Positions 20,752 through 30,737 of a DNA stretch of 64,000 bases are shown piece by piece (the first letter of the stretch is position 1; each line of letters opens with the position of its first letter). Under the pieces are notes generated by a model. The model saw only the letters and a program-made list of their open reading frames with translations. It was not told the DNA's origin and made no database searches. The stretch is from an uncultured Planctomycetia bacterium (GTDB lineage: Bacteria; Omnitrophota; Gorgyraeia; Duberdicusellales; 4484-171), in assembly GCA_964536865.1 (NCBI GenBank), contig CAZHYN010000001.1:16195-80194 (forward strand), given 5' to 3'. A program made the position numbers and the translations under genes.

Positions 20752-22720
20752 TCTAAGTTTTGTAAAGGAATTTATTGGTTTAAAAGAGCCACCGCAAAAG
20801 ATAGCCGAGCTTTTAACTATGGCAGGGCTGGAGGTAGGACACATCTACCGAGAGGGAAATGATTGGATATTAGAAACAGAGGTTACCAGCAATCGTCCTG
20901 ATTGGCTCTCTATTGTAGGAATAGCGTATGAACTTTCTGCTCTTCTGAGAAGAAAGTTAAAAATTAAGATACCCCGCTTGATGACAAAACCTTTATTGAA
21001 AGAGATAGATATTATCATCCAAGATGAAGAAGGTTGTTCTGTATATCTAGCTAGGTTAATAAAGGGGGTAAAGGTAGAAGATTCTCCTTCTTGGTTAAAA
21101 CAGAAGATAGTAGGTTGTGGGATAAACCCTGTGAATAATATTGTAGATATAACTAACTACTGTATGATTAAGTGGGGCAATCCTTTACATGCTTTTGATT
21201 TTGATAAGATAGAAGGAGATGTTTATGTGCGAAGAGCAAAGAAGAGAGAAAAGTTTACAGGTTTAGATGAAAAAGAGAGGGTTTTAACTGAGGAGAATTT
21301 AGTAATTGCTGATGAGAGAAAGGTTATTGCTTTAGCAGGAATAATTGGAGGCAAAAATACAGAGGTAGATGGGAATACTAAAAATATCCTTTTAGAAGGA
21401 GCAATTTTTTCTCCAGTAAGAATAAGACGTTCGAGAAGAGCGGTGGGGACAGAGACAGAGTCTTCCTACAGGTTTGAACGGAGAGTGTCTTGGGAAAGGT
21501 TGAAGGTAGCTTCTCAAGAAGCAGTTAATCTTATGCTTTCTTTAGGGGGAGGGAAATTATATGGATGTATAGAAAGAGGGAGGAGACCTCAGAAAAAAAC
21601 AAGGAGAATAGTTATTAGCCTCCCCCATTTAGAGAACTATCTAGGGGAGAGGATTCCTAAACGAGAGGTAAAGACAGTTCTTACCTACCTTGGTTTTCAA
21701 ATGGAAAAAGTTTATAAAGAGAAACTATATCTTAAACCACCTTCTTTACGTATGGATATTTCTTCTCCTGTTGATATTTATGAGGAAGTGGCACGGATAT
21801 ATGGGTACGATAGAATAAAACCTACCTTACCTTTTATTCCTAAACAGATCTACAGGAGTTTCTACCAATTTAAAAAAGCATTGAGAGATTTTCTGACAAG
21901 CTTAGGTATTAAGGAAGTAATTACCTACAGCATAACCTCTCAGAGTTTGTTAGAAGAATTAAAGGAGAAGAATTTCATAAGGATTTCTAATCCCTTACGT
22001 CAGCAGGAGAACGTTTTGCGTCCTACTCTTTTATGTGGAATGATAGAAGTGGTAAAATACAATTTAAATCAGAGGGCTTCTACTCTTAAATTCTTTGAAA
22101 TCGCAAATGTTTACTTCAAGGAAGGAAATGGTTACAAGGAAGGAGCAAATTTAGCTATTGCCTTTAGTGGAGAGAAGAATCAGGTCTTTTATCTTAAGGG
22201 GGTAGTAGAAGAAATCTTTAGGTTTACTAACATAGGAAGTTACTCTTGGGTACCTAAAGAAAGGGTCAATTTTGCTAATGCATTAGATATAGTGAAGGAT
22301 AATCAACCTTTAGGATTCTTGGGTAAGATGAACTCAAGATTAAAAGAAAAATTCGATCTAACTGAAAATTTATACTTTGCTCAGATTGATTTGGAAAAGT
22401 TATGGGAGAAGAGAGGCCCACGATATTTTTCCCCTTTTAGTAGATTTCCTGCAGTTTTTAGAGATATAAGTATAGCTCTTAAAGAAGTTAGATTTTCTCA
22501 ACTAGAGGAGATAATAAAGAAAGAGGCAGGAAGTTATTTTAAAAGAGTAGAAGTTATTGATCTCTATCAAGGGGAGAATATACCTCCTCAATTTTTTGCT
22601 CTAACTTTGAGAATTTACTACCAAGCTCCAGATAGAACATTAACTTCTATAGAAGTAGATGATATGCATAATCGTATAAGAAAAATCTTAGGAGAAATGG
22701 AAGGAGTAATTCTGCGTTAA
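20741..22720 (+). CDS. pheT: Phenylalanyl-tRNA synthetase beta subunit (short form)
   Basis: 659 aa; N-terminus MKFSLSFVKEFIGL as in PheT; B3/4 and B5 regions present. Confidence 0.9.
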   Translation: MKFSLSFVKEFIGLKEPPQKIAELLTMAGLEVGHIYREGNDWILETEVTSNRPDWLSIVGIAYELSALLRRKLKIKIPRLMTKPLLKEIDIIIQDEEGCSVYLARLIKGVKVEDSPSWLKQKIVGCGINPVNNIVDITNYCMIKWGNPLHAFDFDKIEGDVYVRRAKKREKFTGLDEKERVLTEENLVIADERKVIALAGIIGGKNTEVDGNTKNILLEGAIFSPVRIRRSRRAVGTETESSYRFERRVSWERLKVASQEAVNLMLSLGGGKLYGCIERGRRPQKKTRRIVISLPHLENYLGERIPKREVKTVLTYLGFQMEKVYKEKLYLKPPSLRMDISSPVDIYEEVARIYGYDRIKPTLPFIPKQIYRSFYQFKKALRDFLTSLGIKEVITYSITSQSLLEELKEKNFIRISNPLRQQENVLRPTLLCGMIEVVKYNLNQRASTLKFFEIANVYFKEGNGYKEGANLAIAFSGEKNQVFYLKGVVEEIFRFTNIGSYSWVPKERVNFANALDIVKDNQPLGFLGKMNSRLKEKFDLTENLYFAQIDLEKLWEKRGPRYFSPFSRFPAVFRDISIALKEVRFSQLEEIIKKEAGSYFKRVEVIDLYQGENIPPQFFALTLRIYYQAPDRTLTSIEVDDMHNRIRKILGEMEGVILR

Positions 22721-22727
22721 AATATTC

Positions 22728-22756
22728 TTGAAAAGTATCTTTTAGTATGGTATAAT
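22728..22756 (+). promoter_or_regulatory. Strong sigma70-type promoter for the downstream ncRNA
   Basis: TTGAAA (22728-22733), 17-nt spacer, TATAAT (22751-22756). Confidence 0.65.
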
Positions 22757-22762
22757 CAAAAT

Positions 22763-22925
22763 GAAAATTCCCTGCCTGTTGCGTGAGCAGGCATTGCGCC
22801 ACAGCCAACACTGTTTAAGAGGGAGCTTTTCTCTCCTACTGCTGAGGCAGTGGGAGGCGGCGCCCACCTGTATGAGGACCGGACTGTTGGTGGTAAGCCT
22901 GCCACGGACACAAGGCAGGGTTTTT
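22763..22925 (+). ncRNA. Structured small RNA of about 160 nt; candidate 6S RNA (ssrS)
   Basis: Locally GC-rich, non-coding region between a consensus promoter and a hairpin + U5 terminator (GCCTGCC...GGCAGGG TTTTT at 22906-22925); long-range complementarity between the 5' and 3' ends (CCCTGCC/GGCAGGG, GCAGGC/GCCTGC, CCACAGCCAACA/TGTTGGTGG) and internal hairpins; lies upstream of rarA and the 5-formyl-THF cyclo-ligase gene, the classical 6S linkage. Confidence 0.45.
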
Positions 22926-22945
22926 AATTTTCTCTTTCTGGAGAG

Positions 22946-24184
22946 ATGGCTGTCCCTTTAGCGGTTAAATTGAGACCTAATACCTTAGAAGAATTTGTAG
23001 GGCAGAAACATCTTTTAGGAGAGAGAAAACTTTTACGGCGAGCAATCCTTTCTAAAAGAGTCCCCCCTTTAATTTTCTGGGGTCCGGCAGGATGTGGTAA
23101 GACTACGTTAGGGTTTATAATCGCTAATTATCTAAGTGCAGAATTTAAGTATCTTAATGCTGCCTTTTCCTCTCTGAAGGAGATTAAGGAGATTCTTGAT
23201 CGGGCTCGTAGAGAATTTTCTAATACTCAGAAGCAGTTAATTCTCTTTGTTGATGAAATTCACCGCTTTAATAAACTTCAGCAGGAAGCTTTCCTCCCTG
23301 ACACCGAACATGGGACGATAATCTTTATTGGAGCAACTATTTATAACCCCTACTACTACCTCATTCCCTCATTAATATCTCGAGCTATTGTAGCCCACTT
23401 TCACCCTCTAAGTAAAGAGGAAATAATTACTATTTTGAAGAGAGCGTTAAGAGATAAAGAGCGAGGGTTGGGGAATTTAAATATAAAGATTACCAATAGA
23501 GCCTTAGAGTATCTTGCTACTCTTTCTGGAGGTGATGCGAGAAAAGCTCTTTCTAGTTTAGAGATAGGTGCTTTAACTACCTCTTCCGATAGAGATGGGA
23601 GGATAATTCTTAACTTAGAGGTAGCAAAAGAGATAATCCAGAAGAATATCTTCTATGATAAAAAGGATTCCTACCACTACGATACTATTTCTGCTTTTAT
23701 AAAATCTATCAGAGGGTCAGATGTGGATGCTAGCCTCTATTGGTTAGCTAAGATGATAAAAGCAGGAGAGGACCCTCGGTTTATTGCTCGAAGGTTAGTT
23801 ATTTTAGCTAGTGAAGATATAGGCAACGCTAACCCTTTTGCTCTGGTTTTAGCTACTAGTTGTTTTAAAGCTGTGGAATTTGTAGGAATGCCTGAAGCAA
23901 GTTTAATTTTGGCTCAGATTACCATTTACTTAGCTTCTTCTCCTAAATCTAACGCTAGTTACAAAGCTCTAGAGAGAGCTATGCAAGATATAGAGAAAGA
24001 AGAGACTAAGGAGGTTCCCTTTCATCTTAAAACACACTCTTCTCACTATAAATATCCTCACGATTTTGGAGGTTACCTAACACAGAGTTATGGTGTGAGC
24101 AGAAAATATTATTATCCCCTTAGTGTAGGAGAAGAGAAAAAGATAAAGGAGTTTTTAGATAATTTAAGGTCCCCTAATAGCTAG
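22946..24184 (+). CDS. rarA: Replication-associated recombination protein A (AAA+ ATPase RarA/MgsA)
   Basis: N-terminus LRPNTLEEFVGQKHLLG, Walker A GPAGCGKTTL, MgsA C-terminal helical domain. Confidence 0.9.
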   Translation: MAVPLAVKLRPNTLEEFVGQKHLLGERKLLRRAILSKRVPPLIFWGPAGCGKTTLGFIIANYLSAEFKYLNAAFSSLKEIKEILDRARREFSNTQKQLILFVDEIHRFNKLQQEAFLPDTEHGTIIFIGATIYNPYYYLIPSLISRAIVAHFHPLSKEEIITILKRALRDKERGLGNLNIKITNRALEYLATLSGGDARKALSSLEIGALTTSSDRDGRIILNLEVAKEIIQKNIFYDKKDSYHYDTISAFIKSIRGSDVDASLYWLAKMIKAGEDPRFIARRLVILASEDIGNANPFALVLATSCFKAVEFVGMPEASLILAQITIYLASSPKSNASYKALERAMQDIEKEETKEVPFHLKTHSSHYKYPHDFGGYLTQSYGVSRKYYYPLSVGEEKKIKEFLDNLRSPNS

Positions 24185-24285
24185 CTTTAGCTAACTCTTT
24201 TGTAATCAATAAGTTAAAATTTAAAAACATTTTTACTTTGGTTTAATTAATGGTATAATAAAAATTCTATAGCAACCAATAAAAA

Positions 24286-24840
24286 GTGAAGGGTAATCTG
24301 AGAAAAAAATTATTGGACAAATTGCTTTCCCTTACTTTGGAGGAGATAGAAAGGAGGAGTAGAAATGTTGAGAAGAATTTACAAAAACTTCATGAATATA
24401 TTAAGGCTAAATGTATTATGGTCTACTATCCTTTAAAGGGTGAAGTAAACCTTTTAGGGATGGTGAGGAAGGATATGGATAAAAAAAGGATATGCTTCCC
24501 TTTTATAAAAGGAAGGGAGCTGTATCCTTACGAGGTAAAAGATCTGGATGAAGATTTTATAAAAGGACCTTGGGGAGTTACTCATCCTAATCCCGAGAAG
24601 ACAAAAAGAGTGAAACTAAGAGAGTTAGATTTAGTGATTATTCCAGGATTAGGGTTTAGTCCTCAAGGAGAGCGGTTAGGTAGAGGAAAAGGCTTTTACG
24701 ATCGCTTTTTAAAAAAATTACCTAAGGAGACAAAAAAAATTGGCGTTGCTTTTGATTTCCAAATAATAGAAAACCTTCCTCATCAATTCCCTCACGATGA
24801 AAAGGTAGACATCTTAATTACTGACACTAACTCTTTTTAA
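24286..24840 (+). CDS. 5-formyltetrahydrofolate cyclo-ligase
   Basis: 184 aa; C-terminal [11 protein letters not shown] motif typical of MTHFS/YgfA. Confidence 0.85.
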   Translation: MKGNLRKKLLDKLLSLTLEEIERRSRNVEKNLQKLHEYIKAKCIMVYYPLKGEVNLLGMVRKDMDKKRICFPFIKGRELYPYEVKDLDEDFIKGPWGVTHPNPEKTKRVKLRELDLVIIPGLGFSPQGERLGRGKGFYDRFLKKLPKETKKIGVAFDFQIIENLPHQFPHDEKVDILITDTNSF

Positions 24841-24871
24841 ATATCACAGCTTAAAAAATAAGGAGGTAAAA

Positions 24872-26422
24872 ATGCTTGCTATTTATATTATCCTCGGAAT
24901 ACTGGCAGGGTTAGGAGGAGGATATCTTTTAGGAGAACTTTTAGGAAAAGGTAGGGTTAAAAGAGCAAGAGAAGAAGCAACAAAATTTATAGAGGAAGCA
25001 AACCAGAAAGCAGAGCAAATTATTAGAAAAGCAGATTTGGACGCTAAAGAAATGCTTTACAAATTAAGGTTAGACTTTGAGAAACAGACAAGCCAAAAGA
25101 AGGAAGGACTTGCTCATTTAGAGAGGAAGTTAACTCAAAGGGAGGAAAATCTGGAGAGAAGATTAGATTTTATAGAGAGTAAGGAGAGAGAACTCTCTAG
25201 ACGAGAAGAAAACCTAAAAACTGCCTCTCGGGAATTGGAAGAACAAAGAGAAGAATTAGGTAGATTAATTGCAGAAGAGAAAGAGCATCTTCAGAAAATT
25301 TCTTCTTTAACTCCTCAAGAAGCTAGAGAACTTCTTCTTAAGAGATTTGAGGAGGAGTTACGGCAAGAGAAGGCAAAGATGTTGAGAGAGATAGAAGAGG
25401 AAGTTAAAGAAGAAGCAGAGAAGAAAGCTAAAGAGATCGTTTCCTTAGCAATTCAACGTTGTGCAGTAGAGCATACTACAGAAACTACGGTAAGTGTAGT
25501 GCAGCTTCCCAACGATGAGATAAAGGGAAGGATTATTGGTCGAGAAGGGAGAAATATAAGAGCTTTTGAGATGGTTACAGGGGTAGATTTAGTTATTGAC
25601 GATACCCCTGAAGCAGTAAGTATATCCAGTTTCGATCCTATAAGGAGAGAAATTGCTCGTTTAGCTTTAGAGAGTTTAGTCGCTGATGGGAGAATTCATC
25701 CTGCACGTATTGAAGAGGTAGTGGAGAAGACAAAGAAAGAGTTTGAAAAGAAGTTGATAGAAGAAGGTAAACAAGCTGCTTTTGAGGTAGGGATTCATAA
25801 CCTTCATCCTGAGTTAGTAAAGCTGTTGGGGAAGCTGAAGTATAGAACTAGCTTTGGCCAGAATGCCCTTCAACATTCTAAGGAGGTAGCATTTATTATG
25901 GGGATATTAGCTGCAGAGTTAAATTTAAATTCACATTTAGCTAAAAGAGTGGGTTTGCTTCATGATATTGGAAAGGCAGTAGATCATCAGGTGGAAGGTA
26001 CACATTCTAAAATTGGAGCAGAACTCCTAAGAAAGTATGGGGAAAATGAAATTGTAGTTAATGCTGCGGAAGCCCATCATGAAGAAGCAGAGTTTAAATC
26101 TCTCTATAGCCTTCTAGCCTTAGTAGCAGATGCCATAAGTGCTTCTCGACCAGGAGCAAGAAGAGAGACCTTAGAGACTTATATAAAGAGATTACATGAG
26201 TTAGAGAGTATCGCTTCTTCTTTCGAAGGAGTAGAGAAAGCTTTTGCTATCCAAGCAGGAAGAGAGATAAGAGTTATTGTGAGTCCTAACAAAATAAAGG
26301 ATGAAGAGATAGCTTTGTTGGCTTTGGAGATAAAGAAAAGGATAGAGAAAGAGATGGAATACCCTGGGCAGATTAAGATAACAGTAATAAGAGAGGTAAG
26401 GGCTATAGATTACGCAAAGTAA
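24872..26422 (+). CDS. rny: Ribonuclease Y
   Basis: N-terminal TM, coiled coil, KH domain ([12 protein letters not shown]) and HD domain (LLHDIGK); 516 aa. Confidence 0.9.
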   Translation: MLAIYIILGILAGLGGGYLLGELLGKGRVKRAREEATKFIEEANQKAEQIIRKADLDAKEMLYKLRLDFEKQTSQKKEGLAHLERKLTQREENLERRLDFIESKERELSRREENLKTASRELEEQREELGRLIAEEKEHLQKISSLTPQEARELLLKRFEEELRQEKAKMLREIEEEVKEEAEKKAKEIVSLAIQRCAVEHTTETTVSVVQLPNDEIKGRIIGREGRNIRAFEMVTGVDLVIDDTPEAVSISSFDPIRREIARLALESLVADGRIHPARIEEVVEKTKKEFEKKLIEEGKQAAFEVGIHNLHPELVKLLGKLKYRTSFGQNALQHSKEVAFIMGILAAELNLNSHLAKRVGLLHDIGKAVDHQVEGTHSKIGAELLRKYGENEIVVNAAEAHHEEAEFKSLYSLLALVADAISASRPGARRETLETYIKRLHELESIASSFEGVEKAFAIQAGREIRVIVSPNKIKDEEIALLALEIKKRIEKEMEYPGQIKITVIREVRAIDYAK

Positions 26423-26424
26423 AA

Positions 26425-27207
26425 ATGAGAATCTTATTTATAGGAGATATCGTTGGTAGGCCAGCACGTCAGTATTTAAGAGAGGTTCTACCGCGGATAC
26501 GAGAAACGAGGAGAATAGATTTTGTAATTGCTAATGGAGAAAATGCTAGTGGTGGTTCAAGTATTGTTCCTTCTACTGCCAGAGAATTATTCTCTGTAGG
26601 GATAGATGTGATTACTAGTGGTGATCACATATTTAAAAAGAGAGAAGCAAAACAAACCTTAGAAAATATGGATGTGTTAAGGCCTCTTAATTATGGAGAG
26701 AATGCCTGGGGAAGGGGTTTCTTGATAAAAAAGATAAACGGGGTTAAAATAGCTGTAGTTAATCTTTTGGGAAGAGTGTTCATGCAACCCATAGATTGCC
26801 CTTTCAAGAGTATAAGGGAACTTCTTCCTCGTATAGAGAAAGAAGCAAGGATTATAATTGTAGATATGCATGGAGAAGCTACTTCAGAGAAGTTAGCTAT
26901 GGGTTATTTTTTAGCAGGTAAAGTAAGTGCGGTGTTAGGCACTCATACCCATATTCCTACTGCGGATGAAAGGATAATCGAAAACTTCACTGGTTATATC
27001 ACTGACGTAGGAATGACAGGGAGTTTTGATTCTATTTTAGGGAGAGAGAAGCATCAGATTATAGAAAGGTTTATTACCAATCTTCCTCTACGTTTTAACC
27101 TAGCAGAGAAAGACGTAAGAATCCAGGGGGTAATTTTAGAGATAGATGCCTCCACAGGGAGATGTTTATCTATTAAACGCTTAGAAGAAAGAAGGGAGGT
27201 AGAATGA
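26425..27207 (+). CDS. ymdB: YmdB-family metallophosphoesterase (2',3'-cyclic-nucleotide phosphodiesterase)
   Basis: MRILFIGDIVGRPAR N-terminus (TIGR00282-like); rny-ymdB pairing as in Bacillus. Confidence 0.85.
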   Translation: MRILFIGDIVGRPARQYLREVLPRIRETRRIDFVIANGENASGGSSIVPSTARELFSVGIDVITSGDHIFKKREAKQTLENMDVLRPLNYGENAWGRGFLIKKINGVKIAVVNLLGRVFMQPIDCPFKSIRELLPRIEKEARIIIVDMHGEATSEKLAMGYFLAGKVSAVLGTHTHIPTADERIIENFTGYITDVGMTGSFDSILGREKHQIIERFITNLPLRFNLAEKDVRIQGVILEIDASTGRCLSIKRLEERREVE

Positions 27208-27578
27208 ATTGGGAGGGACAAGAGAGAAGGAAATTTCCTCGTGCAACCTTTCCTTGTAAAATAATTCTTTCTTCTCCTATACGACTTTTTTCTTCGCATA
27301 CTGAGAATATCAGTGAAGGAGGGGTAAGGGTTCTTCTGGAGAATAAATTAGAACTCTTCACTACTGTGGGTTTGGAGATTTTTTTAGAAAAGGATAGACC
27401 AATAAAGTGTAAAGGGAGAGTGGTGTGGGTAATTGAGAGGGTCAATCCTTTAAAGAGAGAGTCCTTAATGTTCGATACAGGTATTGAGTTTAGTGAGATC
27501 TCCAACCAGGACCGTGAATATATTAGAAATTTAATAACTACCATTATATCTCAAGGGAAGGAAGAGAAGAAAGATTAA
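27204..27578 (+). CDS. PilZ-domain protein (putative c-di-GMP receptor)
   Basis: RRKFPR...NISEGGV matches the PilZ RxxxR / DxSxGG motifs; 124 aa. Confidence 0.7.
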   Translation: MNWEGQERRKFPRATFPCKIILSSPIRLFSSHTENISEGGVRVLLENKLELFTTVGLEIFLEKDRPIKCKGRVVWVIERVNPLKRESLMFDTGIEFSEISNQDREYIRNLITTIISQGKEEKKD

Positions 27579-27583
27579 CAAAG

Positions 27584-29452
27584 ATGTTTTTAGAAAGAGT
27601 CAATTTTCCTCAAGATTTAAAAAAGCTTTCTCTTAAGGAGCTAGAAATTTTAGCTGAGGAGATACGACAGTTAATTATTAAAGTAGTCTCTCAAAAAGGA
27701 GGTCACTTAGCTAGTTCTTTAGGGGCAGTGGAGTTATGTATCGCTCTACATTACTGTTTAGATACTCCCCGAGATAGTCTCATCTTTGATGTAGGACATC
27801 AATGTTACGCCCATAAGATTATTACCGGCAGAAAAGATAGTTTTTTTCGTCTAAGAGAATATAAGGGAATGAGTGGATTTCCTAACCCTCAGGAGTCCTG
27901 CTACGATTTGTTTATTTCAGGGCATGCTTCTACAGCAGTGAGTTGGGCAGTGGGGTTAGCAGAGGCGAAGAGATTAAAGAGTGATGAGAGCGAAACAGTA
28001 GCAGTAATTGGGGATGGTTCCTTAACCGGGGGGATGTGTTTTGAGGCTTTAAACTTATGCGGTCATATTAAGAGTAACGTCTTAGTGATTTTGAATCATA
28101 ACCAGATGAGCATTTCCCCCTCAGTAGGAGCCTTAACTAATTATCTTACCAAAATAATTTCTCTACCTATCTATAACAAGATAAAAAATGAGTTAGAGAG
28201 GTTACTTAAGCACTTACCTAAGTTTGCTAAAAATCTGGCAATAAAAGCAAAAAAATTTGAGGAAACTATAAAGGGATTAATTGTTCCTGGGATATTCTTT
28301 GAAGAGTTAGGATTTAGGTACTTTGGTCCTATCGATGGGCATAATTTAGAAGTTCTTATTCCTACTATAAGAAACATTCTCCACTTAAAAGGCCCAAGAA
28401 TCTTACATGTGGTTACGAAGAAAGGTAGAGGATATCCTCGGGCAGAAGAGAATCCAGAGAAATTTCATAGTCCTTCGGTGAGCAAGTCTTCAAAGGTTAA
28501 CAAAAGCAATGATTTTAGTAGGGTTTTCTCTAAGAAGTTAATTTCTCTAGCAGAAAAAGATAAACGAATAGTAGCGATTACTGCTGCTATGCCTGAAGGT
28601 ACAGGGTTGGCATTGTTTAAAGAGGTTTATCCTGATAGATTTTTTGATGTGGGAATTGCTGAAGCAAATGCTGTAGGTTTTGCTGCAGGATTAGCTAAAG
28701 GAGGACGAAAGCCAGTAATAGCTATTTATTCTACCTTCCTACAACGCGCCTTTGATCAGATAATTCATGATGTAGCTTTACAGAAATTACCAGTTATTTT
28801 TGCTATCGATAGAGCAGGGTTAGTAGGAGAAGACGGTCCTACTCACCATGGAATTTTTGATATTTCCTATTTGAGAATGATTCCTAACATAGTTTGTATG
28901 GCTCCTAAGGATAGAGAGGAGTTAGAGGAGATGTTGGAGTTTAGCTTAAGTTTAGATAAACCGGTAAGTTTACGTTATCCCAAAGGTAAGAGCTATGTTT
29001 TAGGCAAGAGAGAGAAGATAATTTTAGGAAAAGCGGAGGTATTAAAAGAAGGAAAGGATCTGTGCATAGTTGCCTTAGGTTCCATGGTTAGAGAAGCGCA
29101 CTTAGCGGTAAGTAAGCTAGAGAGAGAAGGGATAGATGTTTTCTTAGTGAATGCCCGATTTATAAAGCCCTTGGATGAGGAATTACTTAAATTTTTAGCC
29201 TCCCGTTTTAATTTAATTGTTACTGTGGAGGAAGGAGTTTTAAAGGGTGGGTTTGGTTCTGCTGTTATGGAGCTTTATGAAAAGAATGGACTTCTTGATA
29301 AGGTGAAATTGGTGAGGATAGGAGTAAAAGATGAATTTCCTACTTTTGGTAAACGAGAGCAGCTTTTAGAAATTTATTCTTTGGATTCGCAAGGTATTTA
29401 TAGTCGAATAATTACCATTCTTAAGAGTAAACAATTCTTATGGCAAAGGTAA
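27584..29452 (+). CDS. dxs: 1-deoxy-D-xylulose-5-phosphate synthase
   Basis: 622 aa; TPP-binding GDG motif and transketolase-like domains. Confidence 0.95.
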   Translation: MFLERVNFPQDLKKLSLKELEILAEEIRQLIIKVVSQKGGHLASSLGAVELCIALHYCLDTPRDSLIFDVGHQCYAHKIITGRKDSFFRLREYKGMSGFPNPQESCYDLFISGHASTAVSWAVGLAEAKRLKSDESETVAVIGDGSLTGGMCFEALNLCGHIKSNVLVILNHNQMSISPSVGALTNYLTKIISLPIYNKIKNELERLLKHLPKFAKNLAIKAKKFEETIKGLIVPGIFFEELGFRYFGPIDGHNLEVLIPTIRNILHLKGPRILHVVTKKGRGYPRAEENPEKFHSPSVSKSSKVNKSNDFSRVFSKKLISLAEKDKRIVAITAAMPEGTGLALFKEVYPDRFFDVGIAEANAVGFAAGLAKGGRKPVIAIYSTFLQRAFDQIIHDVALQKLPVIFAIDRAGLVGEDGPTHHGIFDISYLRMIPNIVCMAPKDREELEEMLEFSLSLDKPVSLRYPKGKSYVLGKREKIILGKAEVLKEGKDLCIVALGSMVREAHLAVSKLEREGIDVFLVNARFIKPLDEELLKFLASRFNLIVTVEEGVLKGGFGSAVMELYEKNGLLDKVKLVRIGVKDEFPTFGKREQLLEIYSLDSQGIYSRIITILKSKQFLWQR

Positions 29453-29664
29453 AGATAGATAAAGAAAGATGCAAGGGCTGTGGATTATGTATTCTTTTTT
29501 GCCCCTTCGGACACTTGCAATTTTCCCAAGAATTGAATAAAAGAGGTAACCGGTATGCTGAGCCTAAGAAAGGAAGTGAATGTAAAGGGTGTAAGCGGTG
29601 TTATTTAATCTGTCCTGACTACTGCATTGAGATTTACCAAGAGGATGCCTCAGAAAAAAAGTAG
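29440..29664 (+). CDS. 2-oxoacid:ferredoxin oxidoreductase delta subunit (2x[4Fe-4S] ferredoxin)
   Basis: Two CxxCxxCxxxCP motifs; immediately precedes the alpha/beta/gamma subunit genes. Confidence 0.8.
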   Translation: MAKVKIDKERCKGCGLCILFCPFGHLQFSQELNKRGNRYAEPKKGSECKGCKRCYLICPDYCIEIYQEDASEKK

Positions 29665-30712
29665 AGAGAAAGTTTTAATCACCGGTAATGAAGCTATAGG
29701 AGAAGGAGCGATAAAAGCAGGTTGCCGTTTTTACGCTGGCTACCCTATCACCCCCCAAAATGAACTAACCGCTTATATGGCTAAAAGGATGGATGAGGTG
29801 GGAGGCATTTTTATTCAAGCGGAGTCGGAGTTAGCGGCAATAAATATGGTGTTTGGTGCGTCAGCTTCAGGGTTCCGAGCTATGACTACTTCTTCTAGTC
29901 CAGGAATTTCTTTAAAACAAGAGGGAATATCTTATCTTTGTGGATGTCAACTTCCCTGTGTGATTGTAAATATAATGAGGGGAGGACCAGGATTAGGAAA
30001 TATTGCTCCTTCCCAAAGTGATTATTTTCAAGCAACAAAAGGAGGAGGTCATGGAGATTACCGCCTTATAGTGTTAGCTCCCTCAAGTGTAGAAGAGGCA
30101 TTTAACCTCACTATGTTAGGATTTGATTTGGCAGATAAGTATAGGAATCCCGTGATGATTCTTGGAGATGCTTTCTTAGGACAGATGGCGGAAGTAGTGA
30201 GTTTAAGAGAGAGAAGGAGAGGTAGAGTTTATAAAAAGGAATGGGCATTAACAGGAGCTAAGAACCGAACTCCTCGTGTTATAAGATCACTCTTTTTAAA
30301 AGAGGGAGTTTTAGAAGAGCACAATAAAGCCCTTCAGAGAAAGTATGCTTTGATAGAAAGGAAGGAGAAACGCTGGGAAGAGATAAGTCTAAATAATACT
30401 GAGATAATCTTTGTTGCTTATGGTATTTCTTTTAGGATAGCTTACGAAGCAGCAAAGATTTTAGAAAAAGAAGGTGTGAAGGTAGGAGTGTTTAGGCCAA
30501 TAACTCTGTGGCCTTACCCTTCCGCTCCTCTTAGAAAGGTTTCTGAGGGTAAAAAAGCAATTTTTGTCTTTGAGCTCTCCAGTGGTCAGATGGTAGAAGA
30601 TGTAAGATTAGCTGTGGGAGAAAGGCTCCCTGTTTACTTCTATGGTCGTATGGGAGGAGGGGTTTTTAATGAGGAAGAGTTAGTTAAGTTTGTTAAGAAA
30701 AAGTTAAGATAG
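29627..30712 (+). CDS. 2-oxoacid:ferredoxin oxidoreductase alpha subunit
   Basis: POR/KOR alpha-type domains; 361 aa. Confidence 0.85.
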   Translation: MRFTKRMPQKKSREKVLITGNEAIGEGAIKAGCRFYAGYPITPQNELTAYMAKRMDEVGGIFIQAESELAAINMVFGASASGFRAMTTSSSPGISLKQEGISYLCGCQLPCVIVNIMRGGPGLGNIAPSQSDYFQATKGGGHGDYRLIVLAPSSVEEAFNLTMLGFDLADKYRNPVMILGDAFLGQMAEVVSLRERRRGRVYKKEWALTGAKNRTPRVIRSLFLKEGVLEEHNKALQRKYALIERKEKRWEEISLNNTEIIFVAYGISFRIAYEAAKILEKEGVKVGVFRPITLWPYPSAPLRKVSEGKKAIFVFELSSGQMVEDVRLAVGERLPVYFYGRMGGGVFNEEELVKFVKKKLR

Positions 30713-30737
30713 CTATGGTCTTAGTATACCAAAATCT

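Noticed and set aside
22763-22925. SRP (4.5S) RNA, tmRNA or RNase P RNA identity for the ncRNA
   Set aside because: It lacks the SRP domain IV motif (GGAAGCAGCC / GNRA context), the tmRNA tag reading frame and tRNA-like 3' end, and the RNase P P4/CR motifs. The length fits only 6S-like or leader RNAs.
22761-22961. 66-aa ORF overlapping the GC-rich region upstream of rarA
   Set aside because: It has atypical composition for this genome's CDS and no SD. It lies exactly between a consensus promoter and a terminator and shows extensive self-complementarity, so it is better explained as a structured ncRNA.
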